A program made the position numbers and the translations under genes. The notes beneath the pieces are model-generated. The model made no database searches and was not told the origin of the DNA. It saw only the letters and a list, made by a program, of their open reading frames with translations. A stretch of DNA of 64,000 nucleotides from Octopus vulgaris. Lineage: Eukaryota. Numbering within the stretch: position 1 is the first letter of the stretch; the number at the start of each line of letters is the position of its first letter. The stretch spans positions 100,812,001 to 100,876,000 of the forward strand of contig OX597822.1 of assembly GCA_951406725.2 (NCBI GenBank), given 5' to 3'. Positions 63,536 to 64,000 of the stretch are shown piece by piece.

Positions 63536-64000
63536 CCAAAATCTTTGATTATTTTTTTTCTTATATTTGAAAAAGATATTCTTTCCCGAAATATTGGCGC
63601 ATTAAACAACCTGTATATGGTAATATAGTGCTTTTAACCTCTTTTATTTAATTTATTGATCATCATCTGACATATTTTATTAAGCTTTTCACTTGCATTG
63701 CTGAAAGGTATTTTTCCCCAAAAGTTTATGAAATTTAGACATTGTAACCTGTTAAGCAAATTGCAATAGTCCTATGTTTTGTTTAATATGTTTACAATAA
63801 ACTCTATTATTTCAGCTAGATTGGATTGAATCAATGATCTAATTACTTAACGGTTTCTTATGTCGACACTGGATTGATTTGAAATCATTGCTAGCAAATG
63901 CTGCTAAATTCTATAAGGGAATTGGTTGGTTGGCATCCTTTCTGTCTCGGGAGACAATGGAGTTGCGCATAAAGTAGTCTAGTCCGGCTTTTATATTTCA

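Overview
AT-rich, repeat-dense animal genomic DNA. The SINE families and microsatellite load suggest an octopod cephalopod (inference, no database search). The only supportable host gene is the first coding exon of a heterotrimeric G-protein alpha subunit of the G12/13 (concertina-like) class on the minus strand (40205-40666, followed by a phase-0 GTAAGT donor). I found no downstream exon, so 1-40204 is probably one very large intron. About 37.3-46 kb is a CpG-retaining promoter zone and about 44-64 kb is upstream or intergenic DNA. The rest is transposon material: at least five tRNA-type or LINE-tailed SINE families (labelled A-E here), piggyBac-like TTAA MITEs, Tc1/mariner and pogo-like remnants, non-autonomous Helitrons, a nested MITE carrying (CCCTAA)n, a decayed hAT transposase split by a Hero/R2-type retroelement 3' end, RTE- and CR1-type LINE 3' fragments, and many micro/minisatellites. 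Almost all ORF-track entries are artefacts of these repeats. I see no evidence of a novel protein-coding system. The most interesting signals are: (1) ~100-bp inverted copies of local unique sequence inside the intron (possible dsRNA/ADAR substrates); (2) SINE B multimers that always join at the same GGTATTTCGTC junction; (3) a LINE 3' UTR that matches the tail of the dominant SINE; (4) a SINE-mediated 578-bp tandem duplication with a chimeric middle SINE; (5) a CpG-decay contrast across the promoter. Coordinates were read by eye and repeat boundaries may be off by a few bases.
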